The notes below the pieces were generated by a model. That model was given only the letters and a program-made list of their open reading frames with translations. It had not been told where the DNA came from and made no database searches. Made by a program: the position numbers and the translations under genes. DNA of 64,000 bases from IMG/VR virus record IMGVR_UViG_3300034356_003109. One strand, 5' to 3'. Positions 34,861-45,546 of this stretch are shown here, piece after piece (position 1 is the first letter of the stretch; the number at the start of each line of letters is the position of its first letter). Origin of the DNA: an uncultured virus (IMG/VR IMGVR_UViG_3300034356_003109). Lineage: Duplodnaviria; Heunggongvirae; Uroviricota; Caudoviricetes.

Positions 34861-36013
34861 TGTAGATTTTAAAGAATTCGATTTCTTTTTCGAACTCTCT
34901 TGAGAGAATAACACATTCGTCTGAATTGTCAAGGTGTTTGTTCAAGGTATGATTGGCCTTGCAGGAAAATTGTTTTCCTTTGGATATTAAAATCTTAGAG
35001 CTAATAAATTTAGACTTCTCTGAAATTGTTGGCAGCTTTTCCAAAGCTGAATCGTTTTCAAAATCTTTATTAATTTCCCAATCTAAAAATTTAAATTTAT
35101 ATTCGTTTAGCTTTTCTTTGTCGTCGCAAAATATTTTTAATTTAAGACCTATCGTTTTGCAGTGTTTTAAGAATTTTTCAGATATATTTTCTGACATCAT
35201 TATAGTCATAAGAATGATGTTGCTTCTATGAGGAGCTATAAGATTTATGTTTATATCTTTATCTGTAATAATATTTACTTTTCTATTAGCCATCCAATAA
35301 TTAAACACAGAAACATTTAAATTTTTTATGTAGTCTAGTCGTAAATTTATTGATCGCCCTTTCATGAAATCTTCTCCAGATATAAAATCTGGAACAATCT
35401 CTACGATTTTTTGATTAAAACTATTACCAAGACTGACTAATTCAAATCTATGAAGATCATTTTTAATATTTAAATTATCCAATATATTTTTAGCGATTAC
35501 GTAAGGGCTAATTAAATTAATTGTTTTTGGCGTTTCTTTCAAGCTTCCGTATGAAGGTAAGTTACCGTCTCTGTCAGATTCTAAAATTATTTGAGAATTT
35601 TGATTCCAAACTGGTTGTGTGTTTTTTGGATTGAATACAGAATACAAACCAATAGATTTTACATTAAAAACAGAAGCAATGTATAAGCTATAATTTTCAT
35701 TAGAAATTAACAGTTTAGCTTTTGATATCAAATAGTTTTCTTGTTTTTTGTTTATTGTTATGTAGCATTTACTGCAAGCAAGTTTATTATTTTTCTCGGT
35801 TGCTAGTTGAAAAACATCTATATCAGCTTCTTTTAAATAATCTTTGATAAGATCGAGAACATCATTAAAATAATCGTATTCACCAGTATCGTTTTTGCTT
35901 CTTGTGTCTATGATTATATAATTATCATTTTTAATTGGCAGAAAATATTTATCAAGATAAGGCTTAGAGATTTTAACTCCGCAATCTAAAGCCATTTTTT
36001 CAGTTAGATTCAT
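34820..36013 (-). CDS. hypothetical protein, possible degenerate GT-B glycosyltransferase
   Basis: YDYFNDV..LI, AKLLISNE..SLYIAS.FNVKSIGLY resembles GT9. Confidence 0.45.
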   Translation of the reverse strand: MNLTEKMALDCGVKISKPYLDKYFLPIKNDNYIIIDTRSKNDTGEYDYFNDVLDLIKDYLKEADIDVFQLATEKNNKLACSKCYITINKKQENYLISKAKLLISNENYSLYIASVFNVKSIGLYSVFNPKNTQPVWNQNSQIILESDRDGNLPSYGSLKETPKTINLISPYVIAKNILDNLNIKNDLHRFELVSLGNSFNQKIVEIVPDFISGEDFMKGRSINLRLDYIKNLNVSVFNYWMANRKVNIITDKDININLIAPHRSNIILMTIMMSENISEKFLKHCKTIGLKLKIFCDDKEKLNEYKFKFLDWEINKDFENDSALEKLPTISEKSKFISSKILISKGKQFSCKANHTLNKHLDNSDECVILSREFEKEIEFFKIYNEREEPTSNTPIA

Positions 36014-37895
36014 ATATGTTGTATTGAATAATATCTTCTGCGTTTCTGAAATAATTATTATTAATAGATAGATATGGCGCAAACACTATATCAAAATATT
36101 TATTATTAGCTCCTTTGCCTTCGAAAAATAACGGATCATCCATTTTATTAAAATAGTTTAATACTTTTTTAACATCAGGATGCGAATTTATTAAATCAAA
36201 ATACTCGTTTCTTGTGAAGAAATAAATATCATAATCGGGGTAGGTTTTTTTAATGGAAGTTACTAAAGATGTGGCAATAATAATTTCTTCAACTCCATTA
36301 GGTTGAATAAATGCTATTTTTTTTGAATCTTTATTTTCCTTGAGGGAAGAAAGCATTTCATCTAAAAAAGAATTTTGATTTTCCGACAAAGCTACTTTTC
36401 TAAAATAATTTAATACATCAGATCTTTTAAGATCAGCTTTTAATCTTTGCATCCAATGAACGACACCTGCTGGATCTTGTTTTGTTAAGATGTTGCTGTA
36501 TAAAGATTCTATCCATTCTTTATCTTGTGAATTTGGATCTGGATCATAAAACGGATCGCACTTTAATTTTTTATTTTCAAAAACGTAATCTACATGCGGA
36601 AAACTATCGAATAAATTTTCAAAAAACTTACCAACAACTTCTATACTATAATTATCTATTACAAATTGCCTTGCTGATTTGCCCAATAGCTTCTTGGTTT
36701 CTGATGGTAAATTATATACATGCTGTAATTGAGAAAAAATGCTAGTTGGCAATGTAGAAGCTTTAATGAATTGAGTTCCAGGCTCTCTGTATTCAGCCCA
36801 TTCAAGAGGAAAGCCTCCACTAGCTTCTGTGGAACAATCTTCGCCACAACTATAATTAGTGACGAGAGTTATTAGTTCAGTCAGTTTTGCTTCTTGAATT
36901 GGGATTTCTTGTCCGCCAGAAGTGAATGGATGACAATATACATCCATAAGATTATATATCTCATTCAATTGTTGTTCATTTACTCCTGTTTTAACATTGG
37001 TGGTTTCGCAGCTATTTTGTGTGCGACAAAAATCACAATTTACAACGTGAGACGAAAATGATTTTACATTATAAGCATTGCAATTTTTACATACATAAGT
37101 AGTTAATATGTTTTTTGTATTAATTTCTTTTTCTTTTAAAAGCTTTAATATATCCCAACCTTCGTTCCAAGAGGTATGTAAAAGTAGTTTTACTTTGGAT
37201 TGTTTATTGTTTTCTTGAAATAGTTTGAAGCCATCGAGTAAATTTGGAACTGATTTACGCAATTGGTTTCTAAAAACAAAACCAATAATGTATTCATCTG
37301 ATAACTTAAATCTATTTCTTAATTTTAATCTATCTTCATCAAGAAGGCGATAAAAAGAAGAAGCGTCTAATGTTCCATGTACGGTTTTTACATGAGTGTG
37401 ACCAAGTTTATGCATCGCTTTTTCAGCGAACGATGCCCAAACAAAATAATTCTTTATCTTGTCTGCGGCGTTAACCGCATCAGGAAGTATTGGAAGACTG
37501 TCTAATGTCGTATGAACGATGCAATGAATTTTATTCCACCATTCTTTTTCTATAAAGCCATTGAACGCCCAAACGTCTTCGATTCCTAAATAAATATCGG
37601 GTTTTAATTCTTTTACTGCATGATCAATCATTTCGGCTCCATAGCCAGCAGCATTTTTACGTCTTTCATCAATAGCTATTTCTTTATGAATCTCTGGATC
37701 GCTAGGTAACGTACCGTAAGATTCCCAAGGAACAAATTTTAATTGTTCAGATTCCCAAGTATATCCATTACTTAATTCTATTATATCGTATTTGCCGGTA
37801 TTATATAGATATGATAATAGATTCTTTTTATGCTTACCAAAGCCGGTAAACATTTTACAAAAGTTGCTATGAATTAAAACCCGTTTTTTACGCAT
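36000..37895 (-). CDS. GT4-type glycosyltransferase with Zn-ribbon insert and GT9-like C-terminal domain
   Basis: TGFG, RNQLRK, YNLMDVYCHP..GQEIP..EA, CKNC/CDFC insert, IKK.YP...I.F.T. Confidence 0.8.
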   Translation of the reverse strand: MRKKRVLIHSNFCKMFTGFGKHKKNLLSYLYNTGKYDIIELSNGYTWESEQLKFVPWESYGTLPSDPEIHKEIAIDERRKNAAGYGAEMIDHAVKELKPDIYLGIEDVWAFNGFIEKEWWNKIHCIVHTTLDSLPILPDAVNAADKIKNYFVWASFAEKAMHKLGHTHVKTVHGTLDASSFYRLLDEDRLKLRNRFKLSDEYIIGFVFRNQLRKSVPNLLDGFKLFQENNKQSKVKLLLHTSWNEGWDILKLLKEKEINTKNILTTYVCKNCNAYNVKSFSSHVVNCDFCRTQNSCETTNVKTGVNEQQLNEIYNLMDVYCHPFTSGGQEIPIQEAKLTELITLVTNYSCGEDCSTEASGGFPLEWAEYREPGTQFIKASTLPTSIFSQLQHVYNLPSETKKLLGKSARQFVIDNYSIEVVGKFFENLFDSFPHVDYVFENKKLKCDPFYDPDPNSQDKEWIESLYSNILTKQDPAGVVHWMQRLKADLKRSDVLNYFRKVALSENQNSFLDEMLSSLKENKDSKKIAFIQPNGVEEIIIATSLVTSIKKTYPDYDIYFFTRNEYFDLINSHPDVKKVLNYFNKMDDPLFFEGKGANNKYFDIVFAPYLSINNNYFRNAEDIIQYNIYESN

Positions 37896-38494
37896 TAGAA
37901 ATCCATTTCTTCTGAATCAGCAACAACTGGCTCTACCTTCTTAGTCTTTGGAGCGGATTCTTGAACTGGTTCGCGTTTTTGTACTGGCGTTTGCGCTGGA
38001 GCTTGATCTGTCTTTGGAATCATCTTCCGAGAATCGTCCAGAACAGAATAAAACTTATTAATAAAAGCGATTAACCTAACAGCTTCTCCCGGTTCTAGTG
38101 GAACCTTGAAAGTATCAGCACCGTTTCTAATAAAAGAAATACCGAATGCAGTATACTTTACAGCGTAATCGCCAGTACCCTTAGTCTTTTCATAAGGAGC
38201 TAGTTTAATTTGTGTCTTATTTGATTCGCTTGAATGGAATGCGGAATAAGAAGTCTTTTGTTGAAATGCGTTGATCATTTCTCCAAGCTCAAATTCGTTG
38301 AACTTAACAGCAATAGTCTTTGAAGGATTATTTCTGCTTTCTGCGAATGATGCAGTCTTGGTCTGATCATTCCAAGAATGTTGAGCGATACAGTTTACAT
38401 AAAACTGAGGCTCATTGTTTGGCTTTTGTGAGATTTGAAAACTAATTGCACAACCTTGATTCTTTGGGTTGGGCTTGTAAATCTGAAGATTCAT
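37895..38494 (-). CDS. putative ssDNA-binding protein
   Basis: Beta-rich N-terminus, low-complexity linker, acidic-aromatic tail DSEEMDF; replication context. Confidence 0.5.
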   Translation of the reverse strand: MNLQIYKPNPKNQGCAISFQISQKPNNEPQFYVNCIAQHSWNDQTKTASFAESRNNPSKTIAVKFNEFELGEMINAFQQKTSYSAFHSSESNKTQIKLAPYEKTKGTGDYAVKYTAFGISFIRNGADTFKVPLEPGEAVRLIAFINKFYSVLDDSRKMIPKTDQAPAQTPVQKREPVQESAPKTKKVEPVVADSEEMDF

Positions 38495-38527
38495 ATATCG
38501 CAGGATATTATTAGTATCCTGCGATAT
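38495..38527 (-). promoter_or_regulatory. perfect 13-bp hairpin abutting the start codon
   Basis: ATATCGCAGGATA-7nt-TATCCTGCGATAT directly followed by ATG. Confidence 0.6.
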
Positions 38528-38538
38528 TTCTAATCAAA

Positions 38539-38766
38539 TTATTCGAAATAATAGAACAAACTTCTAGCCGTTCCGCTAACAACTGGACTAGAAATTTTAA
38601 TTGGAACAGTGGGGTTTAAAGATTGATTTGCGCCTAAAGTTACAGTGCCAAAATCTCCGCTAAACGAAGCTAATGCAGAAACAATATAGACATCTTTATC
38701 GCTTGTTGGAGTGATAGTTGTTCCAGTATTGAAATAACAAAATTGTAGATCTTGATTATAAGACAT
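38539..38766 (-). CDS. small beta-rich hypothetical protein
   Basis: ORF preceded by the GTGTAA motif. Confidence 0.6.
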   Translation of the reverse strand: MSYNQDLQFCYFNTGTTITPTSDKDVYIVSALASFSGDFGTVTLGANQSLNPTVPIKISSPVVSGTARSLFYYFE

Positions 38767-38780
38767 ATAATTTATTACAC

Positions 38781-39929
38781 TTATTGACTAGCTTTTAGAA
38801 GAGCGTCTAGTTTATCAACAGGAGTTGCAATGCCTCCGATAGCGGTAAATATAGAAAGACCTTCTTTAACTCCTTTATAAACGCCTTGATGAACTGTACT
38901 GTTGGTTTTAAGAGTTCTATTCAATTGATTGAAAGCGTTGTCTAAGTATTCTTGAGGAATACTATCTAATGTCTTTTCATCGCAAATAGCCACAGCAGCA
39001 GCGGTGCTACCAGTAGAAAGATCAAGCTCGCCGCAAAGAACATTTCTCTTAAGATTTTCGCGTACTGCTTTGCTGATCTCGGATTCACTACTAACATTAG
39101 TAATGTTAGCTGCACCAAAAACCATAATACCAGAATCGAGAACAGTTCTGAAATCATTTGTGTCAAATGTGCTATACTGACTATTTTTAGTAATTATGTT
39201 GTTAAACAAATGGAACAAAGAACAAATATTTGCATTTGCTACTTGCCAGAATTTATTTACAGATAGTTTTGGATAAAGAGAATTGATTCTTTCGTTATCA
39301 AGAATGATAAGAGGAGAAACAATTTTTTGTTCTACTAGTTCACAAGCTTCTTTTAATGTTTCATAAGCATTTTGGCTTACCTTCTTACCTTCGGAAAGCT
39401 TTGGCAGAGCTAGAATCAAACCAACATAAGGAGATCCAGCTTTAATTGTGTTTTGATATTCCTTAACAGTTTTTACAAGCTCAGAACAAACACCAGCACC
39501 AGTTCCACCGCCAGCACCAACTGTTACAAAGATACGATCTATATCTGTACCGATAGAAGACTTAATAAAATCAACGACATCTTCTTTACTGTTTAAAAAA
39601 GCCTGTTTAGCGAATTCTCTGTTTTTTCCTGCTCCTTGCTGTTCGCCAAATTTCATTTTATTTGGTACATTAATTGTCGCAAGATCTTGATCGGCGGTAT
39701 TAATAACACCAACGCGAGCGTAACCAATTTGAGAAAATGTTTCAGCCAATTTTCCGCCACCTTGACCAGCACCAATAAAGCCAAATTTAAAACCTACAGA
39801 ATCTCTATCTTTAGGTTCTGGCTTTTCATTTTGCGGTGGTTCAGGAATGTCTGGCATCACAAAATCAAATGTGTCATTAGATGATGGCGGATTTGGATTT
39901 ATACCATAAATAGGGTTATGTTCATTCAT
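38781..39929 (-). CDS. tubulin/FtsZ-family GTPase (PhuZ/TubZ-like)
   Basis: IGAGQGGGKL, INTA..D, GAGKN, GAGGGTGAG signature, DNE, FDTND. Confidence 0.9.
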   Translation of the reverse strand: MNEHNPIYGINPNPPSSNDTFDFVMPDIPEPPQNEKPEPKDRDSVGFKFGFIGAGQGGGKLAETFSQIGYARVGVINTADQDLATINVPNKMKFGEQQGAGKNREFAKQAFLNSKEDVVDFIKSSIGTDIDRIFVTVGAGGGTGAGVCSELVKTVKEYQNTIKAGSPYVGLILALPKLSEGKKVSQNAYETLKEACELVEQKIVSPLIILDNERINSLYPKLSVNKFWQVANANICSLFHLFNNIITKNSQYSTFDTNDFRTVLDSGIMVFGAANITNVSSESEISKAVRENLKRNVLCGELDLSTGSTAAAVAICDEKTLDSIPQEYLDNAFNQLNRTLKTNSTVHQGVYKGVKEGLSIFTAIGGIATPVDKLDALLKASQ

Positions 39930-39962
39930 ATACTGTAGAAATATTAAAATGTTTTATTCTAA

Positions 39963-42371
39963 TTAAATTACACAAATATTACCATCTTTGATAGAAATTT
40001 CTAAATTCAATTTCTTGTCCGCATCTAGCATTTTTTCTGCAACTTGAGTTTGCAATTCACGTTGAATGGTTTTGATAACTTGTCTTGCGCCAAAATTATT
40101 AAATTGAATCTTACTGAAGATGTGATTTGTAACTTCTGAAGAGTATTTAATAGTTACGTCTCTATTAGATAGATCGTTCTTAAATAGTTGAAGTTCTTTT
40201 TCTATGATTGATTTGATATTCTCTTCACCAAGCGAATCAAAAATAATAATCTCATCGATTCGATTAAGTAGATCGGCAGGAAAGTGTTTCTTAATTGATG
40301 ATAGTACATCTGATTTGCTGGATTTTTGTTTACCAAATCCAATAGCAGAATGATTAATGCTTTCGGCACCAATGTTTGTAGTCATTACAATCATGGAATT
40401 AGAAAAATCAACCGTTTTTCCTGAAGAGTCCGTTATCTTGCCTTCTTCTAAAATTTGTAACAAACAATACAAAACATCTTCATCGGCTTTTTGTATTTCA
40501 TCGAAAAGAATCAAAGAGTATGGATTCTTTCTGACTTTTTCTGTTAAAACTCCTCCTTTATCAAATCCAATATAACCGGGGCTAGAGCCAACTAATTTAT
40601 TTACAGCCGCTTTGTCTGTATATTCAGACATGTCGATTGTTATAAAATTATTTTTATTAATGAATAAAGATTCAGCTATAATTTTTGCAGTCATGGTTTT
40701 TCCAACACCTGTTGGACCTGCATAAAGCATAGAACATATCGGTTTGCTAGGGTTGCGAAAGCCAGCCTTGACCCTAATTAAAGATTTATAAATATGTTCT
40801 ATTTGAGATTCTTGACCGAAGACTTGTTCTTTTAGTTTAATCTTGAGAGATTTAACTTTTTCAAAGTCTTGTAATTTTAAATCATCAATTGGAATATTTG
40901 TTTTATCAGATATAACTTCTAAAATATCAGAGTTTGTTATTTGATATTTATTATTTCGCCAATTGTTTATCATCTTTTTTGTTGATTCTTCATATTCAAC
41001 TAAAAGAGTTTCTAAAGAAGCTATTTTTTTGTTTTCGCTAACTCGTTCGTTTGAGCCGACAAATTTGCTGAGTTTTTTTTCTATCTTGATCATCTCGGCG
41101 GATTTTACAAAATTTTTCAATTTAACTTTCGCTCCAACTTGATCAATAATATCTAAAGCTTTATCAGGGAATCTTCCTTCAATATATTTCTCAGCACTGT
41201 TAATAGTAAAGCGTAAAACTTCGTCAGTAAAATCAATAATATGAAAACTCTCGTATCCACCTTTAATGTTTTTAATTAAATTAAAAGTTTGTTCTTTTGT
41301 CGGCTCTTCAATTTTGATGATTTGAAAACGCCTAGATAATGCCGGATCGTCTGAAATAGTTTTCTTGTATTCATCGAATGTTGTTGCTCCAATACAACTG
41401 ATCTCTCCTCTAGCTAAATATGGTTTTAAAATATTAGCCATGTCGTTTCCATTCTCTGGATTGCCAGCACCAATAATAGTGTGAATTTCATCTATAAAAA
41501 GAATAATGTATGGATCATCAGTTATTTCTTTTAATAGGTTCTTAATCTTTTCTTCAAATTCGCCGCGAAATTTACAACCAGCAATCATCATGGGAATGTC
41601 TAGGCTATAAATTTGTTTAAGACTAAGCAAATCCGAAGCTTCTCCTTTTACTATCGCTTGAGCCAAAGATTCAACAAGTGCGGTTTTACCTACACCGGCT
41701 TCGCCAACAATTAAAGGATTGTTCTTATTTTTGCGGCAAAGGACTTCTGAAATTTTTTGTATTAGTTCTTTATTTAAATGTAAGTTATTAATTTTTCCAT
41801 TAACTACTTGTGTATTTAAATTGTTAGCATAAGTGTTTAAGATTTTATACTTTTTAATATCAAAGGTTTGCTTCGCTTTATTAGGAACATTTATTTCTTC
41901 TTCTTCAACACTTGGAAGCATGTCGTCGTTTTCTAGCTTTTGTTCAACGTAATCTACTATTTTAACAAAGTCATAATTATAATCTATTAAGTATAGTTCA
42001 AACTTTTGATCAGGCACTTCAAATAAACTTATAAATACATGTTCTAAACCAATATACTTATGATCAAATTTAGAAGATATACTCTTGGCGCATTTAAAAA
42101 TGGTCTTTATGCCTTCAGATAATAAAGGTTTAGTTACCGCTTTCTTTTGCGCTGTAGTGTTGGATTTTAAAAATGTTATAGCACTGTTTTTTATTTTTAA
42201 AGAATCTATTCCAAAATTACCAAATGCTTCTTCTATTTGACTTTGACTAAGATTAAGAAAACTTATAAACAAATGAAGATGCGTGATCTCTGTGTGTTTG
42301 AAATCTACAGCTATTTTATAAGCTTCTTTGATTAGTTTTTGCGCTCTAGGAGTAAGATTTAAATTTTTCAT
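39963..42371 (-). CDS. ClpA/ClpC-like Hsp100 AAA+ ATPase
   Basis: Clp N-domains, GEAGVGKT, FIDEIH, GPTGVGKT, IDMSEY, GSSPGYIG, FGAR. Confidence 0.92.
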   Translation of the reverse strand: MKNLNLTPRAQKLIKEAYKIAVDFKHTEITHLHLFISFLNLSQSQIEEAFGNFGIDSLKIKNSAITFLKSNTTAQKKAVTKPLLSEGIKTIFKCAKSISSKFDHKYIGLEHVFISLFEVPDQKFELYLIDYNYDFVKIVDYVEQKLENDDMLPSVEEEEINVPNKAKQTFDIKKYKILNTYANNLNTQVVNGKINNLHLNKELIQKISEVLCRKNKNNPLIVGEAGVGKTALVESLAQAIVKGEASDLLSLKQIYSLDIPMMIAGCKFRGEFEEKIKNLLKEITDDPYIILFIDEIHTIIGAGNPENGNDMANILKPYLARGEISCIGATTFDEYKKTISDDPALSRRFQIIKIEEPTKEQTFNLIKNIKGGYESFHIIDFTDEVLRFTINSAEKYIEGRFPDKALDIIDQVGAKVKLKNFVKSAEMIKIEKKLSKFVGSNERVSENKKIASLETLLVEYEESTKKMINNWRNNKYQITNSDILEVISDKTNIPIDDLKLQDFEKVKSLKIKLKEQVFGQESQIEHIYKSLIRVKAGFRNPSKPICSMLYAGPTGVGKTMTAKIIAESLFINKNNFITIDMSEYTDKAAVNKLVGSSPGYIGFDKGGVLTEKVRKNPYSLILFDEIQKADEDVLYCLLQILEEGKITDSSGKTVDFSNSMIVMTTNIGAESINHSAIGFGKQKSSKSDVLSSIKKHFPADLLNRIDEIIIFDSLGEENIKSIIEKELQLFKNDLSNRDVTIKYSSEVTNHIFSKIQFNNFGARQVIKTIQRELQTQVAEKMLDADKKLNLEISIKDGNICVI

Positions 42372-44920
42372 TCTATATCAGATAATTTCATGTAGATCTT
42401 TTCGTCTAAGATTCCTATGTTCTCTATCCATAACACATCATCTCCTTTTCTGCCAGTGAAAACTACAATACTTTCTTTCTCTGGTATCTTTAGACCGTCT
42501 TCAAGATATTCTGTTAATCTCTGATGTTTTCCACCATCTAAAAACATAGCACTTATGCTGCCCACTTCATCTTTTAATTGAAAACGATAAAACGTAGAGT
42601 TAGATTTTTTAGTCTTTCCTTTATATACGTCATCTATTACACCAATCATTTTAATTCTGTCTTCTTTAAAAGCAGAATGAAACTCTAACGTATCTGTGAA
42701 AGTGCATTCAGATTGTTGGAAAATTGTCTTTAGTCTAATTGTTGGAGTGTATCCTAACAACCTGTTTTCAAAGACCCAGTTTGCAAATTTTTCATAATTC
42801 TTGTTTTGCTCGTAGATTTTCTTATACTCATCATACTTTTTCTTGAATGTGACCTTACGCTTTTCATTCATGAATGGTTTTCCGCTTTCATTAAGAGATT
42901 GAGCTTTGAACGCGCATTCACTAATAATATTTAAGATATCATAATCGTATTTTGGGCCGACACTACAAGCGAACTTCTTTTCTTTGTCTGTTAAGACATT
43001 AAAAGCTTGAGCTTCAAGGACCAAGCGTGATCGTCGATGAGTATATGAGCCAAGAGTTCCAGCTTGAATCAAAGATGAAAGTACGCCTATATTAATTCCT
43101 GCTTGTTTTGCAGAAATAAAGATATCGAATTTTGTGGGAGTAGTTGTTTCGCGAAAATTCTGAAGAGATTGAAGAGTCTTTTCTGAAACGCCTTTGATAG
43201 AATTCAAACCAAATCTAATATTTCCATCTTCAATCTTGAAATCAAGAGATGACTTGGCTAGATCAGGAGGCAAAAGCTTAATGTCAAAGAATACTAACTC
43301 TTTAGATATCTTGTTAATTTCTTGATGCGAATCAGGTTCAAATTTAGACAATCGAAGAAGAGCTAAGAAAAATTCATGTGGATATTTGAATTTAAGATAA
43401 ATCGTCCATGCAGCTAAAATAGCGTATGAAATCGAGTGCGATTTATTAAAAGAATAATTTGCTGAGTCTTCAGCTACCTTCCATAGCACATCTCCAATTG
43501 CTGGGTCTAAATTCTGCTCTGTAACTTTTTGACGGATCTTGCCTTGCCAAGCTGGCATTTGATCTACTTTCTTTTTACCAACAATTCGACGCAACTGTTC
43601 AGATTCATCAAGAGTAAATCCAAGACGCACGGCCATCTTCATTAATTGCTCCTGATAGAGAGGAATGCCTCCAGTGTATGAAAGCTCGTCTTTAAAGAAA
43701 TCATGCACCAATTGGAATACTCCTGATGCGGAATATGTAGCGTACTGATCAGCGAAGTCCAAAGCACCGGGGCGAGCAATAGCCACCACTGCACTAAGTT
43801 GTTCTAGCGACTTGGGTTGAACTTTACGACATACTTTAAAATTAGTTTCAGCTTCAATTTGAAATAATCCTTGTGGAGTTCTAAGACCCTGCAAGTTTTC
43901 ATAAATAAAAGGATCTTCTGGATCAATAGAAGCCATTTGTATATTTAACCTCTTGCAAACCTCACTAACCACAGTTAAAGTCCTCAACCCAAGAACGTCA
44001 AACTTCACCATCAACTCAGCTACATAATTCATATCGTAGCCGCTAACTAAATCGCCATCCGAAGTCTTTTGTACTGGGCAGACTTCTTCAATCTTGTAAT
44101 AAGAAATAGCGATACCGGAAGGATGAACGCCAGTATTCTTGTTCAAGCCTTCAATCTTTTTTCCTATTTCAAAGACGAATTTATTCTGATCCACCCAAGC
44201 TTTGAATTTATCGTTAGCTTTGTAAGCCTCTTCTAATTCAAAAACTCGACCAAATAGTTTTGGAATATTATCGCTGACTTCATTTACCTCTGTCTCGGAA
44301 AGACCACCGACAATTTTCCCACATTCTTTGATGCAAAGTTTACTAGATAAAGTATTAAGAGTTAATATCTTTGATGTTTTACCTAGATGCTTTTGCTCAA
44401 TATATTTAATTACTTCAATGCGTCGATCATAGCTAATGTCATTATCAACATCAGGAAGCAAAGAACCGTCAAGATAAGTTATATCGTCTTTAATAATCTT
44501 CTTTGCGCGAGAACGACTAACGAAACGCTCAAAGAACAACTCGTACCTTATTGGATCAACTTTCGTAACGCCCACAATAAACAAAACCAAAGAACCCGCA
44601 GCACTACCACGGCCAGCACCAGTTGGAATATCATTTTCATGGCAGAAATTAAGAATATCCCAGTTGAGAAGTACATAGTCAACGAAGTCAAGCTCTCTGA
44701 AGATTTCTAACTCCATCTCCATTCGGTCAACATATTGATTGTTATTTAATCCTAAGTTGTTTAAACTCTTGTAACACAAAGTCTTCAGAAATGTAAAATT
44801 ATCTGAAGAAGTGGGTATGCTCAACAAATCGTAATATTTACTTTCGATGGAGATTTGTGGCAATCGAACGCCGGGAAGCATGGCGTTATCATAAAGCTTT
44901 ATGTCTTGTAAAAAATTCAT
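42368..44920 (-). CDS. dnaE: DNA polymerase III alpha catalytic subunit lacking the PHP domain
   Basis: GRGSAAGS, FERF, PDVDND, GVHPSG, KFDVLGL, YQEQLM, YSFNKSH. Confidence 0.92.
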   Translation of the reverse strand: MNFLQDIKLYDNAMLPGVRLPQISIESKYYDLLSIPTSSDNFTFLKTLCYKSLNNLGLNNNQYVDRMEMELEIFRELDFVDYVLLNWDILNFCHENDIPTGAGRGSAAGSLVLFIVGVTKVDPIRYELFFERFVSRSRAKKIIKDDITYLDGSLLPDVDNDISYDRRIEVIKYIEQKHLGKTSKILTLNTLSSKLCIKECGKIVGGLSETEVNEVSDNIPKLFGRVFELEEAYKANDKFKAWVDQNKFVFEIGKKIEGLNKNTGVHPSGIAISYYKIEEVCPVQKTSDGDLVSGYDMNYVAELMVKFDVLGLRTLTVVSEVCKRLNIQMASIDPEDPFIYENLQGLRTPQGLFQIEAETNFKVCRKVQPKSLEQLSAVVAIARPGALDFADQYATYSASGVFQLVHDFFKDELSYTGGIPLYQEQLMKMAVRLGFTLDESEQLRRIVGKKKVDQMPAWQGKIRQKVTEQNLDPAIGDVLWKVAEDSANYSFNKSHSISYAILAAWTIYLKFKYPHEFFLALLRLSKFEPDSHQEINKISKELVFFDIKLLPPDLAKSSLDFKIEDGNIRFGLNSIKGVSEKTLQSLQNFRETTTPTKFDIFISAKQAGINIGVLSSLIQAGTLGSYTHRRSRLVLEAQAFNVLTDKEKKFACSVGPKYDYDILNIISECAFKAQSLNESGKPFMNEKRKVTFKKKYDEYKKIYEQNKNYEKFANWVFENRLLGYTPTIRLKTIFQQSECTFTDTLEFHSAFKEDRIKMIGVIDDVYKGKTKKSNSTFYRFQLKDEVGSISAMFLDGGKHQRLTEYLEDGLKIPEKESIVVFTGRKGDDVLWIENIGILDEKIYMKLSDIE

Positions 44921-45546
44921 ATTTCAATTTGCCAAAGCTGCTTCTGAAAAATCTTAAAATTCATCTGAACGTCGTACATAGAATTATGTAGCATGTTCTC
45001 GTCAAAGTCAATCTTATATTCTTTCAATTGAGTTTTAATACTGGTCTTCAAGCCTTTTTCTCGAAAATCATTTAATCTATACTGCCAGAAAGTAAAATCA
45101 GAATCTCTTTGAGGTTTTAGATTCTTTTTAATTGCTTTGGCGATACAGTTAGTATCAACAATCCTCTTAACGTAAGAGAAGTCGCTTTTATAACCTAGAA
45201 GTCTTCTGTATATGTTGTGAATATAAACATCAAAACCAAGAAGATTTTGCCCTATGATTAAGTATTGATCGTCATAAATGATCTTTTCAAATGCAGCCAA
45301 CACTTCTTTTGGATCGACTGCTAATGAACGATATTTACGCTCATCAAAATGCGTAACTAGTTTAGCTCCTTCAGAAAGCTTTAAATCAGGCCAATAAATA
45401 TGATTATCTACTTCTTCAAGTATGTTGCTGCCTTTAGCTATTAAATAGCTTAGTTGCCAAGGTTTATTACTGTTGTCTAAAAGATTGAGATGGCAGGTCT
45501 CAAAATCAAAGCAAATGTATTTTTGTTCTTTATCGAATCGTAACAT
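44917..45546 (-). CDS. DEDDh 3'-5' exonuclease (DnaQ-like)
   Basis: FDFET, QN..GFD, DT, HNSMYD. Confidence 0.85.
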   Translation of the reverse strand: MLRFDKEQKYICFDFETCHLNLLDNSNKPWQLSYLIAKGSNILEEVDNHIYWPDLKLSEGAKLVTHFDERKYRSLAVDPKEVLAAFEKIIYDDQYLIIGQNLLGFDVYIHNIYRRLLGYKSDFSYVKRIVDTNCIAKAIKKNLKPQRDSDFTFWQYRLNDFREKGLKTSIKTQLKEYKIDFDENMLHNSMYDVQMNFKIFQKQLWQIEI

